A stretch of 63,829 nt of DNA, the filler included, from Craspedostauros australis (taxonomy: Eukaryota): the NCBI GenBank assembly GCA_030167865.1. It is 12 parts of 12 records of this genome, joined end to end, with 100 filler letters (N's around TTAATTAATTAA, not from the genome) between each part and the next. Parts side by side here need not be neighbours in the genome. Positions count along the whole stretch, not along the records: positions 34,331 to 40,196 come from JALAGF010004553.1; positions 40,297 to 43,830 come from JALAGF010004554.1; positions 43,931 to 49,530 come from JALAGF010004556.1; 9 more parts are not named here. One strand, 5' to 3'. Below the pieces are notes generated by a model that made no database searches, was not told where the DNA came from, and worked only from the letters and a program-made list of their open reading frames with translations. The translations under genes were made by a program, and so were the position numbers. Every line of letters starts with the position of its first letter. The first letter of the stretch is position 1. Positions 36,470-49,630 of this stretch are shown here, piece after piece.

Positions 36470-39027
36470 TTTGCTTTTGCTCTCCCCTCGTGATTGTTAC
36501 GATAGTGCTCTAATATCAATTTTGGGTCATGATTGCGCCAACAAATATTCCTGCTGGCACGCAAGTGTGACTGATGCATACACATCCGAGTACACACATT
36601 CCAACAAGTGTGATGAGTGCACGGACATGGGGAACTTGGTGGTGCATGCATGTCCATGGTGAATTCAAGATGAATGCAAATTGAATGTATGCTGGACCAA
36701 TGGATGGACCCATGGAGATCTCAGGAGGAGATCAAACTTTGGAAGTTGAGAGCAATGAAGAGCTCACAGTTCAGAGAAGTAGATTCTAACAAATGATTGG
36801 CTTTCTAGTATCACCACCAGCCTGGATTTCCAACATTCAGCATTGGTAAGTTGATGTGCGTGCAGCTTTTGCAGGCTGATTCTGTATGTGATCATCTGCA
36901 TGTGGCATGGTAATGTCACACTCACTCATTCATTCACTCACTGGACGCATCATCCATGACAACAAAACAAACAACAATACAAACAGGCTTCCTACCGGAC
37001 CTGTGGGATCACCTTTCGAACATGTGGAACACGAGCTCCACCAAGTACCTCATCTGCTACTTGAATCCACACGATCTCATTGAAATCTCCAACTTCGACG
37101 TCGAGCTGGTGTCCTGCATGCCAACCTCCATGCATGGATCGAAGGAGGGACATCTGGGATACGTCTACAAGCGCATCTGTGCTAGGGAAGAAGGCAACAA
37201 ATCCTGCAGCCGTCGATGTGCCAACGCAAACAGCAACAGCCGCAACCGAAACTGACGAGTCAAGTGCGACCCCATCTTCCAAGAGGCCTACGACCTGGTC
37301 TGCGATGGTTCGGAGCCTTTGCACAAGATGGTGACACAGCAAGCTATCTCGACCATGAACTCGGGATGTATGACTCGTTCACGCGGAGTGAAGCTGACGC
37401 GATGAACGCGATTGATCATGTCACTCATTCGGGGGAGACGAGAGAAAGGAGAAACGCACCCATTACAGAGTAAGTGCACGAGCATGTCACCAGGCCACGC
37501 CGTGCGTAAGTGTTGGACGATGTTGCGATGACAGTGGCTGTGACGACGGCAGCAATCATGGCTGTGACCGTGAATGATAGCACAAGTACGGCAGTGCAAT
37601 AGAGCCGCAAAGGGAGTTACACGTATTATAGATAGTGCAAGATGCACCACAACATGCAAAGCAACACAACAGGCTGCAGCATGACGACGCATGGGATGTA
37701 GCAAGCGGCATCGGCCACAACGAGGACTGCAACAACGCAAATCCAACTCGATTTCTCCTTTTGTACTTTGGGATACCATGTTCTGGTATGAGCATGCAGT
37801 CAGTTATAGAGACTCTGGATAGTAAAGAGAGAGCACTTTGGCTTGATTCTCTTGTCTTCCCTTCTGGACGTGTTGACTCTCCCGGGTGAGTATGGCCGCC
37901 TGTGCCGTTGCATTTTTCGCGCCGGCTGACTGGCGACAACACATTTCGGTTTGGATCTTGGTTGCTGGCTGTTGGAAATCCGGGGTTATAGTTAGTACTA
38001 AGATCTAATCTGCTGTTAGAAACTGTACCGTTTTAGAACTGTGAGCACAATCTCACTTTCTCTTCCGATTTCGTTTTCTTGACAGGCATCTGTCGCGGTA
38101 ACGACACGGGGCATCCTGTTGTCTCTTAGGTGCTTTCCCTCTTCGTTCATCATGCTCTGTTCTTGCTTCCTTGTCTCTGCATCGTCGTAGCTGTCTACGC
38201 TTGCATGGTAGGATCTGCANNNNNNNNNNNNNNNNNNNNNNNNNNNNNNNNNNNNNNNNNNNNNNNNNNNNNNNNNNNNNNNNNNNNNNNNNNNNNNNNN
38301 NNNNNNNNNNNNNNNNNATATTCTGATCCTTTCTGATGTTCCAAACCTGCAGATGTTCTTGTCCGCAGGGGAGGCATGTGCTGTCCTCTGAAGAAGGTGC
38401 GTCACTTGCCCATGGACATGCTGTTCTGATCGACGTCGTCGTCTGGATGGTTGTCATGTTTGGCGTGGTATCGGGACCTCCTGATCCGCCGTGGGTGTCT
38501 TCCTTACGTTGCTAGAGGACAGGCTATCCTCCTCGCGGTTATACAGGTATCAATCGCGTCCGTATGCTTAGTCATGGTCATAATGACATGGTATACAAAG
38601 GTGTGACGAATAGTCTCTGAACATGTGATGAATAATATTCAAAGCTGTGACGAACAATGTTGGGAGGTGCGGCAATTATGGGTATTCCGACAAAGTCGTA
38701 CCCTCAATTCCTAACAGGCACCAAAGCATCGAACAGAATCGAACACCATCCCAAGATTCTGCATCAACGCAGCACTGTGTTGCAAACTTGGAGCATGTGC
38801 GATCTGATGCGATCTTGTGCGTGTTCGAATTGGCGTGCGACCATGTCTCGAAGGTGTACTGGAATGCAACAGGAGTGCAGCAATGTGCTCCACACATTCT
38901 CCAACCATCCTCTCGCAAAACCCCAAACTCAAACAAGTTGTGAAGCTGGGAAAGACACAAGCTCACATCCTCAAGCAAACATAATTTTCAATCAGCTCTT
39001 GACAAACAATTCGAACACGTAGGCACA

Positions 39028-40196
39028 ATGTGGCCAAAAAAGAATAAAAAGTTCGTGAGTCTCGGCGGTGGTGGAGCTGTTCTCGAGGAGATCGAAGGGG
39101 AGGAAGAGGATGACAGCGATGATGAGGAGGATATCCAACAACAGATCAGCGATGCGAAGAAGAAGGAGGCCAAAGTAAGAGTGGACCTCGACGAAAGCAT
39201 GAAGGCAGCCCAACAGCTGATGGAGAAAAGTAAGTCAGACACAACCAACAATCTATCTACTGAACTACTTTCTCAATGCAACACTGAGATCAGCAATTGC
39301 AATGATCAACTCGACAATGCCACCAAATCCCGCGAGGAACTTGCCGCAAAGTTGCGTCGATGCCGACTGAAGCGTCGCANGAGGGAATCCAATATCAAGG
39401 ACGTGCTGGGCAAACTCGATGCTGTGGAGAACGAAATCGATCTGGTGTTCATCATGGACGCTACTGGTTCAATGAGGTCATACATCCGCAGTGCCAAGAA
39501 GACTATCCGCAAGATTGTCGAGAAGATCAAGGCTGATGGAAAGGGGAAGGATCTACGGTTGGGGTTTGTGGCCTACCGAGATATTTACAATGGATCTGAT
39601 CGATACCAAGTGCTTGATTTTGTGGATGACGTCAGTGTCTTCGAACGCTTCCTGAAGGGACTCAAGTCCATTCGCAGCGACGACCGTGCAGAAGACATGG
39701 CAGTTGGCATCCAAAAGGCCAATGAGCTCTCCTGGATGCACTCCACCAGAGTCGCCTTCATTGTTGGTGATGATGCATGTCATGGAACCGAATTCCACAA
39801 CCACGGTGAGTCTGGCGACAACTACCCGACCGGCACTCCAGGCATCAACATCGTCTCGGAGCTGTCCAAACTCAGGACCAATCCAAGGGGTGGAACCATG
39901 AACGTCTTCTTTGGTCGTATCACCAGCAAAACGGACAAGATGATTGAGCGGTTTGCGTCCGTCTACAACATTGATCTCGAGGTTGTGGACTTCTCTTCTC
40001 CCAAAATGGTTGAGAAAGTCGTGGTCAAGAGCGTCCGCCACTCTGTCTTCAACTCGGTGTCGTTGATCGACTCTCAGATCAAGTTAGTGGAGTATGAAGC
40101 AGACAGAGGGACGATGAAGAAGGCCAAGATGAAACCATACACAATCTCCAAAGATTTTCCAACATACTTTGGATGGAAAGCAACGGTGCCCGTCAA
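39028..40196 (+). CDS. Coiled-coil + von Willebrand factor A domain protein (VwkA/alpha-kinase-associated type), 3'-truncated
   Basis: MIDAS-like DLVFIMDATGSM, LRLGFVAYRD, AED...LSW...FIVGDDACHG; acidic and coiled-coil N-terminus. No kinase domain is visible before the spacer. Confidence 0.82.
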
Positions 40197-41838
40197 NNNN
40201 NNNNNNNNNNNNNNNNNNNNNNNNNNNNNNNNNNNNNNNNTTAATTAATTAANNNNNNNNNNNNNNNNNNNNNNNNNNNNNNNNNNNNNNNNNNNNTCTG
40301 GCCGCGGACCATACGAATATAGGCTGATAACCCATGAAACATGATTGGTGCAAAGGGTTCCACGTCAGTGTCGCGATGATATTTCTGTCGTCACAAGGCA
40401 TGGGTACAGCGAATTGAAATGAAGGAAAATAACGTTAACGTTAAATATTGCAAGAAACGATAGATATTTTTGTCAATGCAGTGTCAAATATGGTTGTAAG
40501 GCGTTAAATTCAAATCACCCAAAACACACAAGCTTCCAACAGCGGCAAGCAGCGAGTGCGTAGCAGCTTGGACGACCCAGAAGTCATCGTTAATTCTAAT
40601 GATGCATGCTTTAATCTCCCCAATGATATAACTAGAACGAATACGGGTACAATAGATATGAGAAACCCATTGTGAATAGCTAAGAACATGCTAGAATCAT
40701 ATAAACTAACGAGGTTAGACCCTCATAGACTGTTGGGGTTAGGGTTAGGGGGCTTGGGGTTCGGGATGCCACCACCAGGCAACATCAAATGAGCAGCGCA
40801 CCGCTGTTCCGGAAGCCGAGCAAGTCGTGGAAACCATGGGCGCCAATTCTGCAACGGACAATGANATGTCGTGTTGGACTAGCTTCCCACTTTTTCAAAC
40901 ACTGATTGTCGAACGGGAACCCCAATCTTTCCCGAAATCCACGCTCAAAAGTATCAAAACAGTGACGTCTGTACGTCGCCGCCAAATTAGTTGTAGCCTT
41001 ACCTCAAAACTAAAATTAAAATAACTTCTGAACTAAAGGAGATAGGGGGGGGGGTCTTGAGGGTTGTGTAGGGTCCTCACATATAGGGCTATCGATGTGT
41101 GAAGTTTAAGAGGCAGCAATTTGGAATCATCGGGGAATATCCATCGATCCTGTTGAACCCGGGTCGTATGACTGCATGAGCTTATGGCTGTTTACGCACC
41201 TCGACCGTACCTGTTGCCCATGAAAGCGTACCACGGAAGGGACATGGAGTCGAGTGACACGCTCGTCAAGCAGATCGACAGAAGTCCGTTCGACCCAGAT
41301 CGCGCCATTGCATACATGCAAGAGTCTCTGCATCTACGAGCTACATGGACCCATAGCCAAGTCCTCGTGATCAGAATGCAGCTGAAGTATGGTGAACCCT
41401 GCATTGAGGCGATTGCATTTTGCGACCTTGACACTTCCACTTCAGAATGGCATCACAAGGAGGCTACTACTTTTGATGTTCATAGTGCTAAATAGAGTGT
41501 TATCCACGTGGGATCTACCTCATGCTTGTGTTGATGCATGATGCAATGGTCCAATGGGTATGTGTATGTATCTCGTTCATGTTCACTGGGAAATCCTCTC
41601 TGATGATCTTCCTCTCGAAATAGTTGGAAGTGATGTCGTACTCACATGGTACCATGGGAGTATATTGATAGAGTGTGCCGAGTCTCTGTTTGGTTTCACC
41701 CAGGCGATCGGCATGGATCTGTCCCAACAAACTATGGGGCTGTCGGCTTCGATGTGCGCGACGTCTTCGCAGTTGTCGATGCACGCGAGGTATGGCGTGG
41801 TAGGTTGGGGAGGGTCGATTGGGGTCTCTGCCGACTGG

Positions 41839-42342
41839 TTACCTGCGAGTCAGGAACTTCTTGAACCCCCGTTTTTTCTTGGACTTCTTGTCTTTCAGGA
41901 TGACCATCATATCCGCCAAGTCGCGTCTTATTTCGGCCACCTCTGCTTTCAAATCCTCGTTTTGCTTGATGAGCGTCGCGTTTTGATCTCGAAGGGCTTT
42001 GTTGTCCTTTTCAACGGCTTCCAAGCGCTTTCGCAGTGCGTCCGCCTCCTTTTTTTGCTTTCGGGTCTGTTTGTCCTGCTCTTCCATGGCTTTCAAGCGC
42101 TTTCGCAGTGCATCCGCCTCCTGTTCTTTCTCTCGAAGCTTTCTGTTCTGCTCTTCTTCGGACCCATGATTGCTGTTCTTTTTTCGTGCCGTGCTGCCTG
42201 CTACGGCACCAAGCGTGCCACCACCCAAGCCACCCCACAAGGCACCGGCGAGGGCACCTACCGGGCCACCCATCACGGCACCCATCATGGCACCTTGGGC
42301 GGCACCACCCACCGCTCCAATCGCAGCGTTTGAATCTGTCAT
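41839..42342 (-). CDS. Small glycine-zipper + coiled-coil protein
   Basis: GxxxG-rich N-terminus GAVGGAAQGAMMGAVMGGPVGALAGALWGG, duplicated EADALRKRL coiled-coil unit, Lys-rich C-terminus. Confidence 0.65.
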   Translation of the reverse strand: MTDSNAAIGAVGGAAQGAMMGAVMGGPVGALAGALWGGLGGGTLGAVAGSTARKKNSNHGSEEEQNRKLREKEQEADALRKRLKAMEEQDKQTRKQKKEADALRKRLEAVEKDNKALRDQNATLIKQNEDLKAEVAEIRRDLADMMVILKDKKSKKKRGFKKFLTRR

Positions 42343-43395
42343 GTTAGCGGGGGTTGCTATATACGCTTGCTTCGCTGTCTCTCGTGTGTGAGGCTGAGTG
42401 CTGTCTTCTACTTGTTGTCGAGTTCAATCGTCTGTGCAACTGATTAGAGGGAAGAGAAGAGGGGACGATAGTTTAGATTCTGAAATTATGAGTGCTAGCA
42501 ATGGCATGAACAACATGTGGCACCTCGCGAGGTAGTTTGAAAGAGCAACGAGAAACATATAGCAGTAGGTACAATACATACGGTGAAGACAGTTCCGAAA
42601 GGATGCTCGCACCCTCGGGCCCAGTCGACGTCATCAGAACTCACGTGTTCTGACGGATGCAGGTTCCTTGATTCCTTCCTTCTCCCCCTTGGTCGCACGC
42701 CCCAGATGCCTGTCCACGCCACAACTGCACTTGCACTTATGTTGAGATTTGGATCCTGGGTTTGCATTTGCGCTGGAACAAGGCCACGCGCGTCGAGAAC
42801 TGAGACACAGAGATCTCCATTTGGTTGTTGCCTGCTCTTGCCGACTATCCTGTGTCCTGATGAGTTGGAGCCTCTGTTTCCTATCTCTGTGGCTGATCCG
42901 CAACGGACGAAACGAGAGGCTGAGCAAGAAAAGTATGGATTACAACCACTGCCAGAGCCAAGAGCATACGAGTGCCTTCCACGCATCTTGGAAGCGTCAT
43001 GTGTGAGAATCACACTGTTTCGAGGTCGGCCGCGCATACCGTCGCGCAGTATGGAACCAAGCAAGGAGGTCGCATGCGCAGCAAGCCCTTCAGATACGGA
43101 CGATCCAACCGATTCCGACATCATGTTCGCACCCTCAATTCCAGACGTCACGAGAACACTGACGTGTTCGGATGGATTCTTGTTCTCGATTCATTGCTCC
43201 TTCCTTGGTCGCATGGTCTTCCGAAGGAGGGGTTTGGCGTAGAACCAACTTGTGCATTCCATTGCTGCTCGTGCAATGCAGAGAAACACTTTTGCCACGA
43301 GATGAGCGGATACGCTCATGTCCAAGGGCGGCCAACACCAGCAACCAGAGAGGAATCCCCACGAAGGAGTAGATTGCCGTCTCTTTTCCTGCTCT

Positions 43396-43830
43396 CTAGT
43401 TTATCTGGTGCTGTCTGCCTTGCTCATCCAGTTCTGCCAGGAGGCTTTCCAGTTCCGAGATCTCCGTCGGGTGCGTCGGCAGATCCACCCGTGCCGCCTT
43501 GATGCGGTTGACGACGCCACGGACCAGGAATTTGGATTTCGCAATGTCCTTCGGTGTTTGTCTTTGGAACGCGACGATCTGCTTCACCACCCTGCTGACC
43601 TTGATGACTTCGTAATCGTCCTTCTCCCAGCCACGGATAGTTTGCAAGGAGCGGTACTCCTTCATCAGATTCTCGAGCACGGCGTCGTCATCTCCGATTT
43701 GCTCATTGAAGTAGGCAAGCGTTTCGTACACCCATGGGTCCTTGAGGCTGGTGGATAATGTCTGCAACAGATCGTGCAATCTCATGAGGCTGCGTCGGGC
43801 GGACTGCATCGCTCCGCTGTTGCTGCCCTC
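43396..43830 (-). CDS. Hypothetical helical protein, possibly 5'-truncated by spacer
   Basis: 137-aa ORF (43396-43809) with a natural amphipathic composition; no motif recognised. Confidence 0.4.
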   Translation of the reverse strand, partial: EGSNSGAMQSARRSLMRLHDLLQTLSTSLKDPWVYETLAYFNEQIGDDDAVLENLMKEYRSLQTIRGWEKDDYEVIKVSRVVKQIVAFQRQTPKDIAKSKFLVRGVVNRIKAARVDLPTHPTEISELESLLAELDEQGRQHQIN

Positions 43831-43930
43831 NNNNNNNNNNNNNNNNNNNNNNNNNNNNNNNNNNNNNNNNNNNNTTAATTAATTAANNNNNNNNNNNNNN
43901 NNNNNNNNNNNNNNNNNNNNNNNNNNNNNN

Positions 43931-46900
43931 ACTTCACGTCGTAGACGATGTGGTATGGGATCTTGGTGTACCCATCGAGTGCTTCGTTCGGTCTTGGTTG
44001 TCTGAAGGTTCCCAGCCGCTTGATCTGGTCCAGTTCCTTGTTGATGGCTTCGCTCCAGAGTCTGTTTCCGTTGAGCCTGTCGATAGCCATGGCGTGTTTC
44101 AGGCTGTTGGGTACCAGGGTGCCGAACTTGTACTTGTTTCCTGGGCGNNNNNNNNNNNNNNNNNNNNNNNNNNNNNNNNNNNNNNNNNNNNNNNNNNNNN
44201 NNNNNNNNNNNNNNNNNNNNNNNNNNNNNNNNNNNNNNNNNNNNNNNNNNTCGGTGTATTCGATGATGATGTCCGGCTGTTGGGCCCTTAGGTCTCCCAT
44301 CCTGCACCATGATCGCATTCCGTTCATCCATAGGATCTCTAGGATTGCTTTGGTGGTTCTGTCCTCTCGTGTCTCGTGGTGGTGACGAGTGATTCCCTTT
44401 GCCTTCCAGTTGAGGTTCCTTCCATCGAGGATGAAGTTGTCTCTTTCGGTGTACTGGTCGCATTGAGCCAGGTATGCGAGTTGGTTGACTTCTGTTGCTG
44501 TGAGGTTGCAGGCAAAGGAGATGGATGTCGTGTCCCATGGAATGTTCGTGTTGCACCCTGGTGGGTTCTGCCTCGGGTTCCCTGGATGGTTTGTTAGGGT
44601 GGGTACCCTTTGNGGTGGCGCGGTNTTCACGCCTGTCGTGACTGGATCCGCTGCGATGGTCTGGATTATGGATCTGATCGTTCCATGGACGATGTTCTTC
44701 CATGGGATGCCTTTCCTGGTGCCTGTGGACAAAACGGACCGTTTGTTTGCTTGGTCCTCTTATTCCCTCCCCTTTCTTTGGGGCTGTCATCCATGCATTG
44801 GTATGATGGTGGCCCTGACGAACACGGAAGATACGAAGACCCTGGGTCAGAGTCTCCCCTGTCTGGCGCATCGGGGCTCGTTCGCGGATTGTCCTTCTCG
44901 GTGGCGCGCGTCGTGGATACCTTCGCTGTCCGCTTGGTTAGCGTTTGGGATCGGGTGACGGGTCGTGTGTTCCGTGCCTCCCCTGAGTCAGGATCCCGGC
45001 AGGTCGTGTTGGTTTGTTGGCCTTGTTCTCCCATGCCCGCGGGTGTGTCGTCTTGGCCGTCGCCGCATACCCTCTTTTCGGTGGGGTCTTGGTCTTCCAT
45101 CCTTGTGGGGTACTGGACAGTTCCAGCGGGGTCCGTGTGCTGGGGTTGTCCGCCTCGGGGTCCATGTCTTGGTTGAAGGTGACACGCCTGCTGTTGTGTA
45201 TACCCTTCCGGAAGGGGCGAACCACACTCCGTACCAGTACTCGTCTGGATTCATCGTCCAGCACTTGGTATGTGAGGAAGTCCCCATGGGACTCTGCCAC
45301 GCCGAGCCAGTATCCTGATTTCTCCTTCGAGTTCGGGAAGGTAGCGTTGGGGTCATGGTACAAGACCTTCTCGTAGAATTGGAAGGTCAAGAGCGCAGAG
45401 ATGTCGACGGTTTCTCCGTGTCGTACGGTGTATGGGATTGCGTATCGTAGGGACGGGTCTGATGTATGGTTGTGCACGTAGCACATGTATCGGAAAGCGT
45501 GGAACCATGCTTTTGGCGGTGCCCCTGTCCGGTCGATGAGTGTTGTGACACATCGCTTCATGTACAGGATGGCATTGTGCTCGGCCGGGTTTTGTTGCTG
45601 GTTGTGCAGTTCTGTCAGCCTTGATTTGATGTGGAGGTCCCTAAGAAGCTTGAGGACCTTCTCTCCGGTCTGTTCCTTCGCGTTGTCGCTGTGGAAAGCC
45701 CATGGTGCTCCCTCTGTCCTGATGAAATCTTGGAAGGCGACGAAAACCCCTTCTTTCTTCTTCAGGCCGTATGCGTTGATCATGTGGGAGGATGTTCCGT
45801 AGAAGATTTGTGCCATGGAGTATCCATCTCCAAAAGACTTGACGTTGGAGAATATGGTGTCTATCGCCACGATCTCCCGGATTCGTTGTCGTCGCATCCA
45901 TTCGAATCTGGACTTCTTGTGCCTTCGCATAGGGTAGGTGATCACTGCCCGCATGAGTTGCGTGGTTCTGGCGAGGGTCTGTTTGATCACGTGCGTGGGT
46001 AGGTACCCGAGGTACGGTCGGATCTTGTGAAGATCGATGGACTTCCATTTAGCTCGGAAAGGAAACCCTTGGTGGCTGTACTCGGTCATAGCTTCCGCAG
46101 GGTGTCGGTCCATGGTGTCCATGGGATTGTCCTTTCCCGGATCATCAATCCCGACGGGGTTCTCGCCTTTGGTGTGCCCATGGTATTCAGGTGCGCTTCG
46201 CGGGTCTCCCCGGAGGGTGTCATCGCGCGTTGCCTTGGTCACGCCGATCTCGTTGGGGATGCGAAATGTCTCCCGATTTCTCTGGAACACCGGTTCGGAT
46301 CCTACCGAGTGTAAGGATGAGATGGCGCTGTCTGCCTCGTCATCCGGGTCTGGTACCTTTGTCGGTGGTACGTTGGTTGACTCGGTGTATCCCTTCTGGT
46401 CCGTTCCTACCGCGTTAGCCTTGCGATCGATGCCTAGCTCCCTGTATAGGTGGTCGATGTCTCCCGCAGAGAGATTGTCCACCAGGTTGAAGAGGGTGCC
46501 TTGGATCGAGATGGCCGTGTCGGTGGCCGATTTCGCGAACGTTACCGTGTCAATTGCATGTGACATTCCGATGAGCTCCTCGAGACTTAGAGTGTCAAGG
46601 AATGCGTCCACTTTGGGGTACTCCTGGTTGACACGGTTGAGGCCTCCTGTGGCGTGCTCATCTGGATGACGGGCGTAGGGGTCCATGGATTCTCGTTCCT
46701 CTATGGGATTATCCGGGGTGCCGTCCTTGGCCTGGCGTGTCCCGGGTTCCATGGGATCCATTGATGCGTTGTGAGTGCTTGGATCCATCGCTCCAGCGTC
46801 ATGCGGTGCATCAGATCGGTCATCCCAATCAACTACCTTTTCTCCTCCGATTGGGTCCCTGGTAAGGTAGCAACCCATGGGCACGTTGCATACGTGTCCT

Positions 46901-49530
46901 CCTTGGTGATCCGAAGGGTTCCATCCTTGCTTTGGGGTGATGTCATGGGTGGGAAGATCCTCATCGTCCTCCACGATGGGGAAGATGTCGAACGTCATCA
47001 GCGCGTCTCGCATCTCCAAGTTGATCGTTGTGTCCTCATCAGGCATTAGGCATTGTCGACCTGTGCCTGGTGTCGAGAACGATGCCCGGTGTTCCGACGA
47101 AACCGTATCGAGGACGGTTCCACTGGCCCGAATTTGGTGGTCGGAGAGCAGCGTTACCCGGCTGTCAACGTTCAGGGCGGCTTCGTAGATCCGGAGGATC
47201 ACTTCGTTGCCTTCCCTGGTCCTGGCCTTGATGCTCGCGTCTACCACCGCGAGGTTGTTCTTCCTCATCGTGCTTGCCACGGCACCGACGATGTTGTACG
47301 TCCGATGCGGGTAGATGTAGTCAATCTTCCAGACTCAGTCCTTGTTCCCGATAACGCAGCATTGTGCGCCGCCGTCGCATACTGCGTATGTTTGCGGGGA
47401 AAAGGTCGCCAGGTTGATCAGCTGTTCGGGTACTGATTGGCGTTGTTTGGATGCTGGCGGGTCGACGGGGCTTGTGGCGTCGGATGAATCACTCATCGTG
47501 ATCATCTTCACGAGCCGGTCGTTGCCATTTTCCTCGTACCCTCCATAGTCAACCAGGAACTTGGCAAGTTCCGAAGCGTCAATCGAGGATAGATCCGAGC
47601 CATTCTCGTCCTGGGAATCGGTTCCCTCGGTGGATCCTGGGGTGTATATGGCCAGGTTCGCGTGGGTGACACCTCCATACTGTTTGTGTGGCTTGGCTTC
47701 CTCCCCTTTCTCTGGGGGCTTCACGCTGGCAGGTGGTTGGGGTTCTTCCTGCTCCTTCTTGTTCTCGACGCGGGCGAATCCGGATCCGTTCCGGTCATTG
47801 TTGCGGCGGGCCCAACAGAGGGAGCTGCGGAGCTTCATGATCACTCGACGGACCTTTTCGGGTAGTCCATCGAATACCTCTTGCGAGATGAAGGTGGGAT
47901 CCTCCTGTAGTTTCTTCGAAATGGCATTGATGACCATCTCGGTGTTGGATTCGCCTTGATCTTGGCTGGCTTCGGTGGTTGCCTTGAAAATCCTGCGCTT
48001 GCCGGACCTTGATCCCCGCTGGTTGTTGGCTACCGCATTGTCTCTGGCGGACTCGGAGATGAGATACATGCAGGTGGCTCCCATCGACTGCATGTCTGGG
48101 CTTCGCTCGATGCTCCGGACCATGGTGCGTACGTTGATGTCGTCGCAACCAATGAGGTGGTTAAGGAGCGTGCGACGTTGTTGCGCGTCGGAGACTTGTT
48201 GATCTGGGTTGGTTGCCAGGAAATTCACATTCGCGAATATATCCTGGATCTCTTTCACGTAGGATCCCAGGTCCTGTCTGCTGGGGTTGAAGTAGTGCAC
48301 TCTCTTCATCAGAGAGTCGACCTCCATTCCTCTGATCCAGTCGTTGTCGTAGGTATTGAGGAGTTCATTCCAGAATAGGATACCGTCCTCAGTGAGGAGT
48401 CCTCTGGTGGCGAGTCCATGTGCTGGGCCGCCGGCGAAGACGGAGTATAGTCCCGCGAATAGGGTCCTGACGTCGCTCGCGACCTGTTCTGGAGAGGTGG
48501 TTGTTGGCACTCCTGTCACCGGGTCGATTTATTCCTTGATCGCGTGGATTCCCTGGGAATGGTATCTGTGCCGAAACTGGTCGTTGATCAGGTACGCCAT
48601 GTCGTTTCCAAGGAGATGAGCATGGATTTGATGTTTCACCACTTGGAAGGATGCCGCATCGCTCGTGAATTTGACGGAGTCAGGGATGGGGCGTCGCTTT
48701 GTTAGCTTGGCCTGGGCGACTGGTGGTTCGCTGCGGGTGGATCCTCGATGGGGTGCATACCCGGGTTCGTGTTGCCCGTGTGGGATGTTCGGGCCCATGT
48801 TGCGTGGGTCATGCCTTCCGAAACCTCCATTGGGATCGGTTGGGCGGTACCCATACGCGGGTGGTCGTGGTGGATGCCCGGGGTGAGGGTGTCCAACGGG
48901 GGTGAAGGCTCCTTGTGGCATTGGAAAACCTCCGGCTCCATGGGGAAAATGGCCCATGGGGATAGGGATCCCAATGGGCGGGAATCCTCCTGGGTGGGTT
49001 CCGTGGTACATCGGAAGTGGTGGGCCATGAGGGAATTGGTTTCCCATGTTAGGGGGATACCCATAAGGGTTACCACTGTTGTGTCCATGGTTAATTGGAG
49101 GGCCATGGTTGTCACGATGCGGGCGGTTTGTCCCATGGTTCGCGGGTGGGTTACTGGCAGGATTTCGGTTCACGGGTCCGTGTCCGTTGTTACCTCGATA
49201 GTTACTCACGCCATGTGAGGCTGGTGTATCCGCGGTACCGTGGTAGGGATGCGGGTTCCGATCGTGGGGTGGATGGTTCCCGTCGTTCTCTGGGTANNNN
49301 NNNNNNNNNNNNNNNNNNNNNNNNNNNNNNNNNNNNNNNGTTTCGGGGGCGAAGGTTACTACCTTGGCGCCGGTTGGGTTGCGGTTGTAGTCGCCGATCG
49401 TCGCGGGGTCTACGTTGGGGAAGAGTCGGTTCCGTCCTGTGGGACCGCGGTTGTCGGGTGCGTCAACGGTTTCGTCGTTACCAGGGTGTTGGTCGTAGTC
49501 AGTGCCTGGTTCGGTGTCTTCGTTGGGCGG
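43931..49530 (-). mobile_element. CoDi-like Ty1/copia retrotransposon (gag-PR-INT-start of RT), inactivated
   Basis: One frame runs from 49209 to about 45150 with nonsense stops at 48529-48531 (TAA) and 47335-47337 (TGA). Protease CDGGAQCC; integrase VAIDTIFS...FHSDNAKEQ...NQQQNPAE; RT lead-in KYKFGTLVP...NGNRLWSEAINKEL...IPYHIVYDVK. Frameshifts at about 45100 and 44730. Confidence 0.92.
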
Positions 49531-49630
49531 NNNNNNNNNNNNNNNNNNNNNNNNNNNNNNNNNNNNNNNNNNNNTTAATTAATTAANNNNNNNNNNNNNN
49601 NNNNNNNNNNNNNNNNNNNNNNNNNNNNNN

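Noticed and set aside
38014..38545. Solo LTR (TGT...ACA); similar LTR-like sequence at 33772-34230
   Set aside because: No target-site duplication or second copy in the window, and both are interrupted by Ns.
47335..48531. Programmed readthrough or an alternative genetic code at the in-frame stops of the second copia
   Set aside because: The stops fall inside gag and inside the protease, lack a CARYYA context, and the element also has frameshifts; other genes use TAA, TAG and TGA as normal ends.
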